A stretch of DNA of 63,261 nt, filler included, from Sluysia triapertura (Eukaryota), in assembly GCA_046118255.1 (NCBI GenBank). It is 5 parts of 5 records of this genome, joined end to end, with 100 filler letters (N's around TTAATTAATTAA, not from the genome) between each part and the next. Parts side by side here need not be neighbours in the genome. Positions count along the whole stretch, not along the records: positions 38,416 to 52,025 come from JBJNIA010029277.1; positions 52,126 to 63,261 come from JBJNIA010188399.1; 3 more parts are not named here. One strand, given 5' to 3'. Both the position numbers and the translations under genes were made by a program. Under the pieces are notes generated by a model. The model was not told the origin of the DNA. It worked only from the letters and a program-made list of their open reading frames with translations, and made no database searches. Of this stretch, positions 51,101 through 63,261 are shown piece after piece (position 1 is the stretch's first letter; the number at the start of each line of letters is the position of its first letter).

Positions 51101-52125
51101 AAATACAATTTCCTGGTCTTCGACATAAAAAAATTCTAATGAACGACTCTACAGCGAATTATACAGGTAAATCATAAAACTTAAATTTACCAATAAACCA
51201 TCAAAAGAGCAAAACAAATTTTCACTAACTTTACAAGTCCATAGATTGTTGTATTGTATATACAATCTTTCTGCGTCAATCCAAGATAAATCATGTGTAA
51301 AAATTAGTAAAACGATTCCTATATGCAATGATGTCAAAATGTATAATATTGAATAAACAATCATTTACATTTCTAAATACGCTGATCTTTCCAGTAGTAC
51401 TTGTGTTAGAATGATCAACATGACGTTATAAAAACAATAATTAAAACTAATTGAGCTAATAATTATGCTATTAGTCTGTCACTAATTAATGATGTCGAAA
51501 TATATAATAAACAACTATGTAAATGTCTAAACACACTGATCTTTCCAGCCATACTTGTGTTAGATTGTAAAACACAATTATAATGCGGAAACCTGTGTTA
51601 AATTCGAAACTTTGTATGTATTTGTTTTGAAAAGACTTTTCGATGAAGGTATGGTTTGACCACTTCATGCAAGGATAGCCTTAATATTAAGCAAAGTCAA
51701 ATTTTAATTAATTCTTAATAATGAAATGTTGCATTTTTATACTTAGAATGAATTGAACATGATGAGGTAGCTATGAAAGAGGAGAATCTAGAAATGAGTT
51801 TGAAATGTTTGTAGAATGGTTTGTTTAAGAATAAGAACTTAAAACATGTTTCATTAAAAATTGGATGTGAAAAATCGAAAATCAAGTAAATTATAAAAAG
51901 TATAATTAAAGTCATTATTTTTATTTATGTTAACAATATTATTGATTGTTATTTTAATGTGAGAAGTAATTTAAGTAATAATAGATTGAGTAGAGTAAAA
52001 GAAAATGATGGTTGATAATAAATCANNNNNNNNNNNNNNNNNNNNNNNNNNNNNNNNNNNNNNNNNNNNTTAATTAATTAANNNNNNNNNNNNNNNNNNN
52101 NNNNNNNNNNNNNNNNNNNNNNNNN

Positions 52126-52637
52126 AATGCAGTTAAATGCGGAACACTGGAATGAACTTTTAGGTATTGACTTATGTTTCTGATTAAGAGTATATTTAAA
52201 CACTGGAAGATCGTGAATAAAAGACCTATTGAGAAGAGTGTAATTTGGTGAATGTGAAAAGGTCAGCTACAATACAACTCTTGGTATATTTGAAATATTA
52301 TGTGTAATGTTTTACGTCATTTGTTTGTTTGTTGTTTTTTAAAGGTATTATGTTGTGTTGTTGGTGTAAAGACAAATGTTGACTTTAAGGTGTTGAAATT
52401 AATTCGAAGATGTAAAGTAAATAATTTCAAAGGTGGATATTATTTGGTGTTATGGATGTCGAGTCACGTGTTTTCGATAAGTTTGTTGGTGTAAGTGATA
52501 GTATTAGTCGTAACTATGGCTTGTATATTATGAGATTGTGAATATGGTTTAGTTTAGGCAAATGAACTGTTTAGTAAGTGTGTTGGAGGTTTAATTAATT
52601 TTTTTAATTTTAAAGGTTATAAAGGTTGTCCACTACA
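52126..52637 (-). mobile_element. Probable LTR terminus (TGTAGTGG...) of a related element, cut by the gap
   Basis: A G/T-rich tract ends abruptly in CCACTACA, the same terminus as the 47809 LTR. Confidence 0.45.
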
Positions 52638-53760
52638 TAAAGAAACTATTTCAGACATCATTCGTACACAATCACATTGAGGCAGAATTTGGTACAGAAG
52701 CTTAAATGTCTACCTAGACCGAGTCAAACGCTAGGAATGAGATTGTGATTATTAAGGTTAATGATACTTAATCCAACCAAAAGGAATATGCAACGTTTTC
52801 AAAATAGGACTAATATCTTGTTGCGTAAATGACCTAAGAAATAGCGTCGAATCACGTAGATGTCCTTTGCCGATTACAAATCGTCTTCCTTGAGGTTATG
52901 AACGTCAAAGTAATCATTAGAAATTCGACGATAAGGGCGAATCTTTGTCTCATCATGATATTGCCTACTGTACGGGGTGCAAGCAATTTGAATAATTTGA
53001 GGTTTGTCATCTAGATCTACAGCATGATGACAAGCCATTAACATTAATCTTTCTTCATCAAATACAGTCCTATTTGGGTGTACTATGTTATAATATCAAA
53101 ATTATGAAAGTGTCGAAATTTCTTCCTATAATAGATGCTGCACCGTTTAACCGCAGAGTGGCACATCGGTCAAGAAGGGAAAGGTGTGGGGAAAGAATCC
53201 AAAAGAAAGAAAAGGCAACTGCAAGTGTTTTACTAAGAAAAGCTATCTTGCACCTTAGCAAAATAAGTACGACTTAAATCTATGAATGAGTCCTACTAGG
53301 ATTTCTTGAAGCGATTGTGTAATACTTTAAAGCTTAAAAAACGGTGACATAATTTTAGAAAAATTAGTGACGTGATATATTCTATGCTTCGATTAAACGA
53401 AATCATTTTAGTTGTATTTTAAGTTAGCCTTTTAAGGTCTAACAAATAATACAAGATTTTAAACTATTAAGCTTTAAAAAATCAAATTAAATTAACTCTG
53501 AGTTAATATTTATTAATAGAACAAAATATGCAATAAAGTACATATAATAACACAGTAGTTAAGATTTTAAACTCTTAAGATTTTTGTAAATCTCAGGTTA
53601 AAATTCAAATTTAGTTATAAATTAACCTAACCTGTAAGGCCTAGGATTATATTGAGGATTTTAAGTATGATTTTAAATGATCTTACTTTTTACAGTTAGG
53701 ATTTTAATACTTATTAAAAATATTCTTACTTTGACATGGACATAGATTTTCAGAAAGTTC
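52638..53760 (+). mobile_element. Decayed Ty3/gypsy integrase 3' part plus hairpin-containing 3' region
   Basis: Relic motifs in integrase order: T--LP*GYER (compare T-YHPQ-NG--ER), IAYCT (compare AY-T), IWVY, and KVSKFLP----PF (GPY/F). Confidence 0.5.
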
Positions 53761-54399
53761 CCATGTTTATATTACCGGTTGTTGATGTAGCTGTAGTGAT
53801 ATAATTCCAAAAATAGTCTTTTTGTACTAGATATAATCCCGCCATATTTGTTTGTTTATTTATTTATTTACTCCATTTTATGCAATAAAACAAAAATTGA
53901 TCAAAATTTATTATTAAAAAGTATTTTTTTATAAAAATAAGTAAATTGTTTTTTGATAATATAAATAGTATTTGAATAAAATAATTAATAATAATAATAT
54001 AAAATAATAAAAAATAAAATAAACGATAATTTTCATAATTAATATTTACATTTATAAATTATAAGTTATAGAATGTGTTAAATTGTAAATTATGTTCGAG
54101 ATTCAACAATCCACAACCCAACACAACGGAAATGAAATCTATGAGTACAGGGGCGAGTGACAGCGAGGTATTTCTTTAAAGATCGCAAGCAAATAGAACA
54201 GACGGAAAACCTCACTGCATTCTGAACATAAAAAAATTATAAGATAATAAATAATTTTAATTAATATTAATGAAATTTATCCTAATTATTATATTACTAA
54301 GTTACAATGAAAAAAACTATATATAATATTTAAAACAATGTAAGTTGTTATGTACATTTTCCAAAGAGAATTAAACTAGTTGGCGTTACGATATGTTAT

Positions 54400-55620
54400 T
54401 TACTGCATAACCAACTTGTTTTTTATTTTGTTTATCCTGTAATGAACAAACGTCTATGCATACCATGACGTTTTTACAGCCTGGTGTGACAACATTCATA
54501 TATCGCTGGAATGTTTCTGGTACACCTGTTTAACCAAACAGTTCATCTCCTCATGTGAATACTGTCTTATGTTTATCTTTCTCTGCAATCTCTATTTGCC
54601 AGTAACCACACTGTAAAATGTTGATCACACTGTAGATGTTTATCTAGTTAATCAAATATTTCGTCTATTCTTAAGAAAAACGTTTTTTATGGTTATCTTG
54701 TTTAGTTCCCTAAAATATGTGCAAAATCTCATTGTGCCATCTTTTTTCTTAACTAATAATACAGGTGATGAAAACGGGAAAATTTATTAATCCGGCCTTT
54801 TTCATTATGCCAATTTGTTTCTATATTGGGATTCTATATGGTTTTCTTCTGTTATTATAACCGAGTCTCCAATATCATTATTTTTCGAATAATATCATAT
54901 AATCGTTCTTATTTGTAATTCTTATTTGTAATTTCAATATCCACATAATTTTTATCATTTATTTCTCAGTGCAATTTTATAGTATTCCCTTTTGGTTTCT
55001 ACATTATAGTTAACGATTCTGCCAAACTTTGTGCCAGTATATAATCATTTATCATCGTTGATATAATTTGTCATTCGGACCAGCACTCTCCCTTCATACA
55101 TGTTTCAGATTGAGTCCACTATGCCAATATCAATTTTCTCTTGGTTGATTTCTGATGCTATGAACATTATTCTTCAGGTTCGTAAACTGTTAGTTTTTGC
55201 GGCATGATACATTCGCTTCTGCTTAACAACCATAATAGTTCTTCTAAAAATACATCATAATTATTTATAGTTCTCCGACTAACTGTCCATTAATTTTGCC
55301 TTTAGTTGTAACAATTTATCCATCGCCATTATCATATCTTTTGGGCAATTTCTCATTACCCTCGAATTTATTTCGTCCTAATTCACAACATGCTATCGTT
55401 ATACCGACTATGTGTATTGCATCTCCAGTAACACCTGCTAGATCTGACAAATTATCAGCAAGTCCCCTCAGTACTTCATTAATGAGAAGATTTTCGTTTA
55501 TCAATGATGCTACTACACCAGTATCTATTAGTACTATAATTTTTTTATGTCGACCATTGACCTTTTTGCTCCATTATAGTTATTATTAGCGCATATTGTA
55601 TGCACTACATTTTGGTATAG
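54400..55620 (-). mobile_element. Decayed Ty3/gypsy pol (protease and RT)
   Basis: VLIDTG at ~55520, [19 protein letters not shown], and LQCGYWQIEIAEKDKHKTVF. Many stops and indels. Confidence 0.85.
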
Positions 55621-57228
55621 GTGTTCTTTCTGACTTCCTTTGATTTCTTCAATTTCTTTATTCTTATTATTCTGTATTCTTTGTAACGCTATGTTTCCTT
55701 TTTATTTCTTTTTTTAAAGCGTTTATCCGCGAATTTGCATGATTGTGTAATAAATACGTAACTAAAAAGTGGAAACAACCTATTAATAGTTTCCATATAA
55801 ATCCAAAAATTTTGTAAATTTCTACTACCGAAAATAGTTGTGATACCATTAGTGCTGTTACTTTGATTATTATATAAATAACTATTAATCCGAAAAATGC
55901 TTGATCTAATATTAGAAAACTACCCAAAATATGTATTGTGGGCTGCCCTTTTGAAGTGATCTGGACCTAGTAGTCGTTCGAAATTTATTTGTCCTCGTTC
56001 TCTATTGTGATTTTATCAACTATATCTGTTAATACTTTATCCTTTTTATGGGGTTTAGAATTTCTTACCAAGCGGCTTGTATGTCATATCTCGCATATGT
56101 ACCTGAATTTGGAATGTTTTTTGATACAAAGAATTTCAACCTTCCCTTTAACTCTGTTAATCTTATTATTTCAGATGATTTAACCTGTCTTCGGTGTGGA
56201 AGTATAATATCCATAATTTGTCATCAATTTATGTTTTCTGGTGCCATTACATTTGAACAATGCATGGGCTTTGGTTTTATCTTATTATTTATATACAGTA
56301 CTCTGGTTACAGGTTCTAAATATGTTTGTATCTCACCAGATAATAGTTCATTTGCGTGGGGAGGGCTGTTTAGGTTTTAGATTCAACAAATTACAGTTAA
56401 TTTTATTTATTTTTAAATTAAAAATTTCTTTAATATGAAAAAATTAAACATTAAAACAGTTAAAACAATGAATAACTTATTAATTAATAACCTAGGCTTA
56501 AAGCCTGTAAAAAATAACAATTTTAACAAAGTTTAATATTTTTATTAAAAAACAATAAAACATTGTAAAAAAAATATAAATATACTCACAACACTATAAT
56601 GAAGTTTAACTGATGTTTCTTTTCTATAAGCACTGTAGAGAATTCTTCAAACAAAATCCATCATACTACATCACACAAAAGCACTTCACATACACACAGA
56701 CTATTAAACAAACTATTAAACTAATTCAAAAACAAACATGACCATCACATCTAATTATCATGAACTATCACTATTATTATTACAATTCAGATCTTATTAA
56801 AATGTATAAAGTAATTATAGTCATTATTGTCCTATAATATGATCATATAGTAATAACTTTTATAATAATTTTCATAATAATATTTCATAATAAAATTCAC
56901 CATAAATATTTCTGTATTAATAAACATAATATCCACATAATTGTTATCATTATTATTATTTCCTATTCCTATTATTTTTTTTTATTTTATTATCAATCTT
57001 TCTTTCTCTTTTTTTATATTACGCAATTATCTGACTGTGATACCGGAAAATTTGTACTTTTCTATAAGCAAGATCCATCGATGCATATTTCATCAGTTTA
57101 GAACAAAGTCAGTCTGTACCATCTGGAGAAAGTAATATTCGAAATAAAATACACCATATTGTGAGTACTGCAGAAAGAAATGATAACAATGCCAAACCAT
57201 TTCAGAAGCTACAATTTTTATTTCGTGG

Positions 57229-57875
57229 ATGTCAGAAGATTTAGAAAAGCAAATGAAACAAATGGAAGATCTTGGAAAAGGAAAACGTAAAAGAACTACT
57301 GTTACACCATTCGTACCAAACCAAACTCTTAGGAAAATTGACACTGGTAACAAATCCGATACATCTAGTGATGATGATAGCGAATATTTAGCTGAGTCAT
57401 CAGAATATTAAGAAGATTACAGTATAAGTGGAGACCAACCTGACTCACCTAATATCAATGGTCAAGTAACATAATCAACAATAGAATCAGTAGATGCTGG
57501 AACGGCAACTAGTACCAACCAAAATGTTAATTCGATAAATCGAGTTTATCAGAATCAAAAGGAAAATAGTGATTTATCACAATGGGCCTTATACGGTATG
57601 GATGAAAATTTAATTACTAGTGATGGAGTAAATATGCGTTTGCACAAAAATATTGTACGACGTCGTGAGTTCTCCGTTGTAGATGGTTTTTATCCACGAG
57701 AACGTATGGAAGTTTATAAAGCACGTATGCATTTTGGATTACCTTCAAAAACAGTTAAACGAAGTGATCGTTGGTGGCCTGATGAATTGCAACACAAAAA
57801 GAACGAAGAAATGTGGACCTATCTTAACCGTTTAACCAATAATATTATTTGTTTAAATCAGTCTGTTAATGGAAA
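57229..57875 (+). pseudogene. CHD4: CHD3/4/5 (Mi-2)-like exon, DUF1087/DUF1086 region, with two in-frame TAA codons (57409, 57472)
   Basis: EDL......LGKGKRKR..V, an acidic SDDDSEY tract, and VDGFYPRER..YKARMHFGLP...W...LQHKKNEEM..Y (compare [22 protein letters not shown]...WL..L.GKSE.EF.AY). Donor AA|GTAAGT. The gene symbol is family-level only. Confidence 0.8.
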
Positions 57876-58523
57876 GTAAGTATTGCTTTACTAAACAAAT
57901 TATAATTTCTACATTTAATATTATCAACACGGAAATTTTAAATTTAAAATTTGTTGATATATTCAGTATTATATGTACGTGGTGTATAGAAATAATTACC
58001 TTATTTTTGATTTAAATAACTTTTAAGTGACAATTTTTTCGAAGCACTCGTTGCTTTAAAATTTCATTCAATAACTTGCCGATTAAACAAAAAATTTGCA
58101 AATGTCATTTGAGCATTTGATTTATTTGTAGAGAAATCCATAATACATAGATTATCATCTATGCACATATTACTATAAACAGAATATTTCTAAAATAACA
58201 ATACCGTAACTTATCAAATTGCAAATATGAATCACAAATAAGTTCTTAAACAGAAAAATATTAAATGATGAGATTGTCAAACATTAATACATGAGAAAAT
58301 AGTCCGTTCACACAACTAGAAACAAATTCTATTGTAATTTACCTTACATAATTATTTTTCTGACAATTATTTTTCCTATGAATTACCAAAACAGTGCTAA
58401 AAAATACAATAATATTAAAATTAATATATTTGAATGTTGATATACTTCAGGAAAACAAATTTCATATAAAAAATCACACCTTGATATTGTATAAAATTAA
58501 ATTAAATTTTAAAATAATTTCAG

Positions 58524-58662
58524 TTTCAAAGATAATTCTCCCAAAGACGATGTGGATTATGACTTGATCTTATCCAGAATTGGAATTATGTCTTTAATCA
58601 ATTTCAAAGTTAATTATTATGAAGAAAAAAACAATGACCTCCTGCATTTCATAATGGATCGC
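58524..58662 (+). CDS. CHD4: CHD3/4/5-like exon
   Basis: Phase-2 join gives FKDNSPKDDVDYDLILSRIGIMSLINFKVNYYE (compare FADGVPREG....VLTRIGVMSLIRKKVQEFE). The 3' boundary is uncertain. Confidence 0.85.
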
Positions 58663-59601
58663 GTTAGTTATAAATTGCAAATGATTTACTATAAACATAT
58701 TTAGGGAGTTAAATGTTGAAATTAGTAAAACTTATGTATCAAACACCTTTTGAAATAATGTTATAAAATATTAATTTAACATTAAAATTTATTTCTAATT
58801 TTATTAATAAATTTAATTCTAATTAATCAACCGAAAGAAACTTAATATGACAAAATATTTACATTTGTTAAAATTCCAATTATCAAACTTTTGTTTTAAT
58901 CACCATACTTGAAAATTACGCAAGGTAACAATTGTGGCTAATTTGTTTATATTGTAATAATGACCTCAAATAATAATAATAATTGTAATATGTTTACTTA
59001 AATTTTTAAACTTCTATCAACTAATAATAAAGTTAATATTCGTTCGTCAGATAAAATCGCTTTAGTTTATAACTCAATTATTTTATCCGGGAATCAGGGA
59101 TATACTAGAAAATTTGCATTCTAAATTTAAATTTTCTCTCTATTCTCATAAAAGTAAACTAAGATTTATTCACAGCAATGTAATAAAATAAACAAGTCAA
59201 CCATATACTTTGATATAGCAAAATTTAGTTAAATTATAATTTTACAAATTTATTTTTAAACTTTCATTTAAAATATTGCACTAGAATTATTACCCGATTA
59301 CATCAAATTGTTAATGCGTGTTGATCTTGCAATTAAATGCACCAACAATATTAGCCCAAAAATTCAACAAGCGAATATAATTTAAAATCAGCTAGGTTAA
59401 CAATCGAATAACATATCTTTGTTGTAAATTGCGAATTTTACAGTGAAAAGATACTTCCTTTCTGCTACTGTACTTTAAAGCTTATTGTATAATGACCAAT
59501 TTTATATTATAACAAGCAGTAGTACATTTTAATTTTGTTCTAAATATTTTATAGCTTTCAATTAAGTACATTCAAGAGATAATAGCTAAATTATTCAGTC
59601 G

Positions 59602-59644
<43 letters not shown>

Positions 59645-59645
59645 G

Positions 59646-59787
59646 TCAAACATTAATAATACATTGGAAGATGAAATAGCATGTTCTATGGGTGCACTGT
59701 CAAAATTGAAAGAATTCCAAATGTTTGACGGTGGTTTTGTAAATTTGCATTCTGATTGGATGGAAATAGAAGAACAGAAACCTAATG
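59646..59787 (+). CDS. CHD4: CHD3/4/5-like exon, start of the CHDCT2 domain
   Basis: EFQMFDGGFVNLHSDW (compare FNIADGGFTELHSLW). AG/GT boundaries are present. Confidence 0.85.
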
Positions 59788-59829
59788 GTTATAACTATTT
59801 TTTTTAGAAAATACGTTTATGTTTTGTAG

Positions 59830-60120
59830 ATATTAATATGAAATCCACTAATTCTGACAATCGAAGCAACGTAAATAATGGAGCATATAATGATAATGAT
59901 ATTAATATAACAACACATGTTACAAATATTAATGAAATTGATATTAATTCTAATGATTCATCAAAAAAGATTGAATGGAATAATTTACACGATTATATAC
60001 TACTTGTTGCAATCAGCTTATACGGTTACGACTTATTTTTAGATCGTTTATTTCAAGAGAAATTTTTATCTAGTATTTTATTTTTACCATTCCGATGTCG
60101 AAATTTATGTCCAGTTAATG
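59830..60120 (+). CDS. CHD4: CHD3/4/5-like exon, CHDCT2 domain
   Basis: After a 42-nt intron: EWNNLHDYILLVAISLYGY...ILFLPFR (compare IWHRRHDYWLLAGI..HGY...ILNEPFK). Donor G|GTTAGT. Confidence 0.85.
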
Positions 60121-61709
60121 GTTAGTTGTACTTAATTGATTGTGTATCGACTTTGTGGATAGTAATAATATCTCATATATGACCCCTCATCGCATTTGCC
60201 CTAAATATGCATATTTCCATATATATGTAAATAGTTATAAGTTTTAATAAAAAATAAAATATTATTCAAACCATTTAATTGTTTTGTTAGATTTTATGGT
60301 TTTTCTTGATGCACTAATAACTTTCTACTTTACTAATCTTGCTACTTGAACGTAAGATAATTATTTTCTAACACTTATAATAATCTCTGGAGGTTACTGT
60401 TCACTCGTCTCGCGTCTTCCCCTTTAACTAAATAAAATAAAATAAGCTAAATTCACTAAGGTTTATTTATAAAAGATAAATAATTCGATATATAAAAAGT
60501 AATTTATGAAATTCGTGATAAAATATACCACGTGTAAAATGACTCTAATCTTTTTGAAATTTTCCTCACGTAATTAATTTGAGTTTTAGAAATGTCTTAT
60601 TTAAATAAAATCTTTATAATTTTTCTTTTAAATGTTATTCTGATAAAATTAAAATAAATTGAAATGTATCACTAGTTAATAATGAAATACCTTGATTTTT
60701 CTTTCAGTTAAAATACCTGGAATCGGTGTGAATCAAGTTGATTGCTCCTTGAAAATCTCGAAACTTCTTCAATCGAATAAAGTAGATTTTTCACCAAATT
60801 AACCCTCCTTTTTATATCCAGTTTTTTATAATAGTGTTAAATACAATTTTTATAAAAATTGTTTTTCATTATAAAATTACTTTTTGACTATTATAAAATA
60901 TTCCATTATTTTATGCCATTACATTATTATTACAATATAATAGATACTTTTAATTTCTATTAATTTTATTAATATTCAATTTCATTATTAAATTAATAAT
61001 GAATTAACAATTTATTATATAAAACTTTTCTATTCAATTTTTTGCTATTATTTGTTTATTAACAGTTTTATTAATAGATAATCATTTAAGCGATTTATCC
61101 CTGGAACAAATAATAAAAAATATATTTTTATTTTACTTTTTTTCACATTTTTACAATTTTCCCTTATAAATTTACTGCTTTTAATTTCCGTAGAATATGA
61201 ATTTTAAATCTCTCCTTTCGAAAAAATATTCATTTTCATTTAAATTCATCTCAATTTATATATTTGATAATATGCTGGTATTTAAATTTGGATGGATAAT
61301 TTCATTCAGTCGATTGTTGAGGATTCAAAATAATTTTACATTTTACATTTATGATCCAGTTACGATCCAGTTATGGAGTATAAGTCAAATATCATTAATG
61401 ATAATGAAAAAATAAATGAAGTATTTTTAATAATAACTCTTTATTCTTAAAATCACCTAATCCAAGCATTTTTCATACAAGCCACATTCGATATTGTGAA
61501 ATTATATACACCAAAAAAATAAAATTTCAATTTTTTTACAATAAGACTTCTGAAATCGTGTGTGATTTTGCGCTTTTTCATTTACGTTTTGTATCTTAAC
61601 GAGATGAAATGTTATCAACACAATTCTAAATATCATAATCTTTTTAATTAACTCAATGTTTAATATCTCAAACTCTTTAACTGTGAAATTTAATTTTAAC
61701 ATTCTTCAG

Positions 61710-61894
61710 ATAAACAGAAAATACGTGATCTTCTCAGCGCACGTGCATCCATATTGGAAAGAGCACTATTGATAGAAACTCAATTAGTAAAAATATGTAT
61801 CACTGTTGATAATTCATCCGTGGAAAACTTTCCCGAGTTTCGACTAAATCAGTTGGATGCATACCTTAAATCTCAAACCGATCAAGACAGATAC
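61710..61894 (+). CDS. CHD4: CHD3/4/5-like exon, end of CHDCT2
   Basis: TTCAG|(D)KQKIRDLLSARASILERALLIETQL (compare [22 protein letters not shown]). Phase 1 matches the 60120 donor. Confidence 0.8.
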
Positions 61895-63261
61895 GTTACA
61901 ACTAATGTTTTTTCTAATATTAATAAAGCTAGAGGTTTGATATTATTTACAAATTTCATGAATTTTTAAATTAAAGAAATATTTTATGTGTAACTAAAAA
62001 TTTAAATGATACAGAAAATGACAAACATAAAATTTAACTAGATTTTAAATATCCTATTTGTAAGGATTATGTGTTAAAAAGATTTAATTTAATTTATTTT
62101 ATTGTGAGTCCTCTATGACACTGGACTTATACAATTAAGGGCCAGCACATAGATTTTTGCAGTTTTTTAGTTAAAAATGGAATCTGGAGGTTTATTTATT
62201 AATCTTAATCTTTTTGTTGAATATTATATTTAATAACGAACTTAAATCAATCTTATTCAATATTAAAATAATACAAATCTTTCAATTATTTATTAAACAC
62301 AAAATATAACAAAAACGGCTATAATTATAAATGTAAAAACGATAATACAAGATTTTATAAAAAGTCTAAGTATACTATGCAAACTAAATCTAATTACTTA
62401 TTGCTTGATATATTGTTTTTCTAACTACACAATTTATTTAATTTAATAATATAATCTTTTTAATAAAATTGAATTATTTATTTAATATTTCAAGTTGTGG
62501 ATATTAATTGCGGAATTAATATCTAGTAAATCAAAATTTATAAAATTGAATTATTTCAATTTGAAAATATTAATTAGTAAAATTGACTTATTTTCAATTT
62601 ATGAAAATTAATTATAAAATTAATATCACTAGATTAAACTTTTAATAAAAATTTTATATCGTAATAAAAGCTAAAAAATATTTAAATTAGTTTAAGATTT
62701 TATAGTTATTTAAAATTTATCTTAAATTTTATCTTAAATAAATATTTCCCAGTGACTTTCTCAGAATATTTCAAAAATATTTACTTTTTATGTGTGAAAT
62801 TATAACTAATACTTGTTTCTTAAATAGTAGTTATTTGTTTACAATTTAAAACAAAATGACAATTAAAACAATAACGATTTATTTAATTTTTAACGATTTA
62901 ATCTTAATTGAAGAAAACCAATAATTATCTGGATCTAAGAAAGCCTCCAGTTCTTATCTTTTCTTTCTTAAAAGCTGTAAATCTATGTCCAGTATCAAAG
63001 AGAACTTACGTTAAGGATAAGGCATTCAATCCATTTAATACTGTTACTGTTATTTGTATTGCAAAGTAATAATTATATAATAATAATGTCTAAATATATA
63101 AAGTATTACTAAAATTGCTGTAATCACATTAGAATTATTTTGAAAAATCTGAAAAATAATCTAAATTATATTTGAAAATAAAATAATAATTAAAAATAAT
63201 TGATGCAATTATATTACAATTGGAATCTAAAAATAATTGGAACTATTGTAATTATTTAAAT

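Noticed and set aside
52860-53040. R2/RLE-type CCHC knuckle (ESLSH..C, QHD)
   Set aside because: The surrounding relic motifs fit gypsy integrase order better.
57409-57474. TAA reassigned to Gln (alternative genetic code) to explain the in-frame stops
   Set aside because: The >400-codon AT-rich exon at 29.7-30.9 kb has no in-frame TAA/TAG despite many Gln codons, and the TRNT1 relic also has a frameshift. Ordinary decay is the simpler explanation.

Overview
A very AT-rich, repeat-dense eukaryotic (animal-like, fast-evolving) scaffold segment. It has five assembly gaps, four of them carrying an artificial TTAATTAATTAA spacer. All identifications below were made by eye, without database searches. 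Host-gene material: (1) a multi-exon CHD3/4/5 (Mi-2)-type remodeller C-terminal region (+, ~57.2-61.9 kb), with two in-frame TAA codons and no ATPase exons visible; (2) two CNNM/ACDP-type CBS-domain exons (-, 34.8-36.9 kb); (3) a large S/N-rich exon (-, 29.7-30.9 kb); (4) a two-exon gene with a PARP-type-like Zn finger and a 32-nt intron (-, 21.8-22.7 kb); (5) a decayed CCA-adding enzyme (TRNT1) fragment (-, 41.6-42.2 kb); (6) a RING-finger relic. Mobile DNA includes Tigger/pogo, piggyBac derivatives, L2-type LINE pieces and several Ty3/gypsy remnants. One 4.2-kb LTR element is structurally complete (107-bp LTRs, TSD, tRNA-Leu PBS, PPT). It encodes Gag, a -1 frameshift signal and a protease fused directly to the integrase C-terminal tail, with RT, RNase H and the integrase core absent. 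The most novel-looking signals are this Gag-protease-only element and an array of covarying bulged hairpins (stem-CC-loop-GG-T-stem) found at two homologous loci (23.6-24.0 kb and 53.4-53.7 kb).
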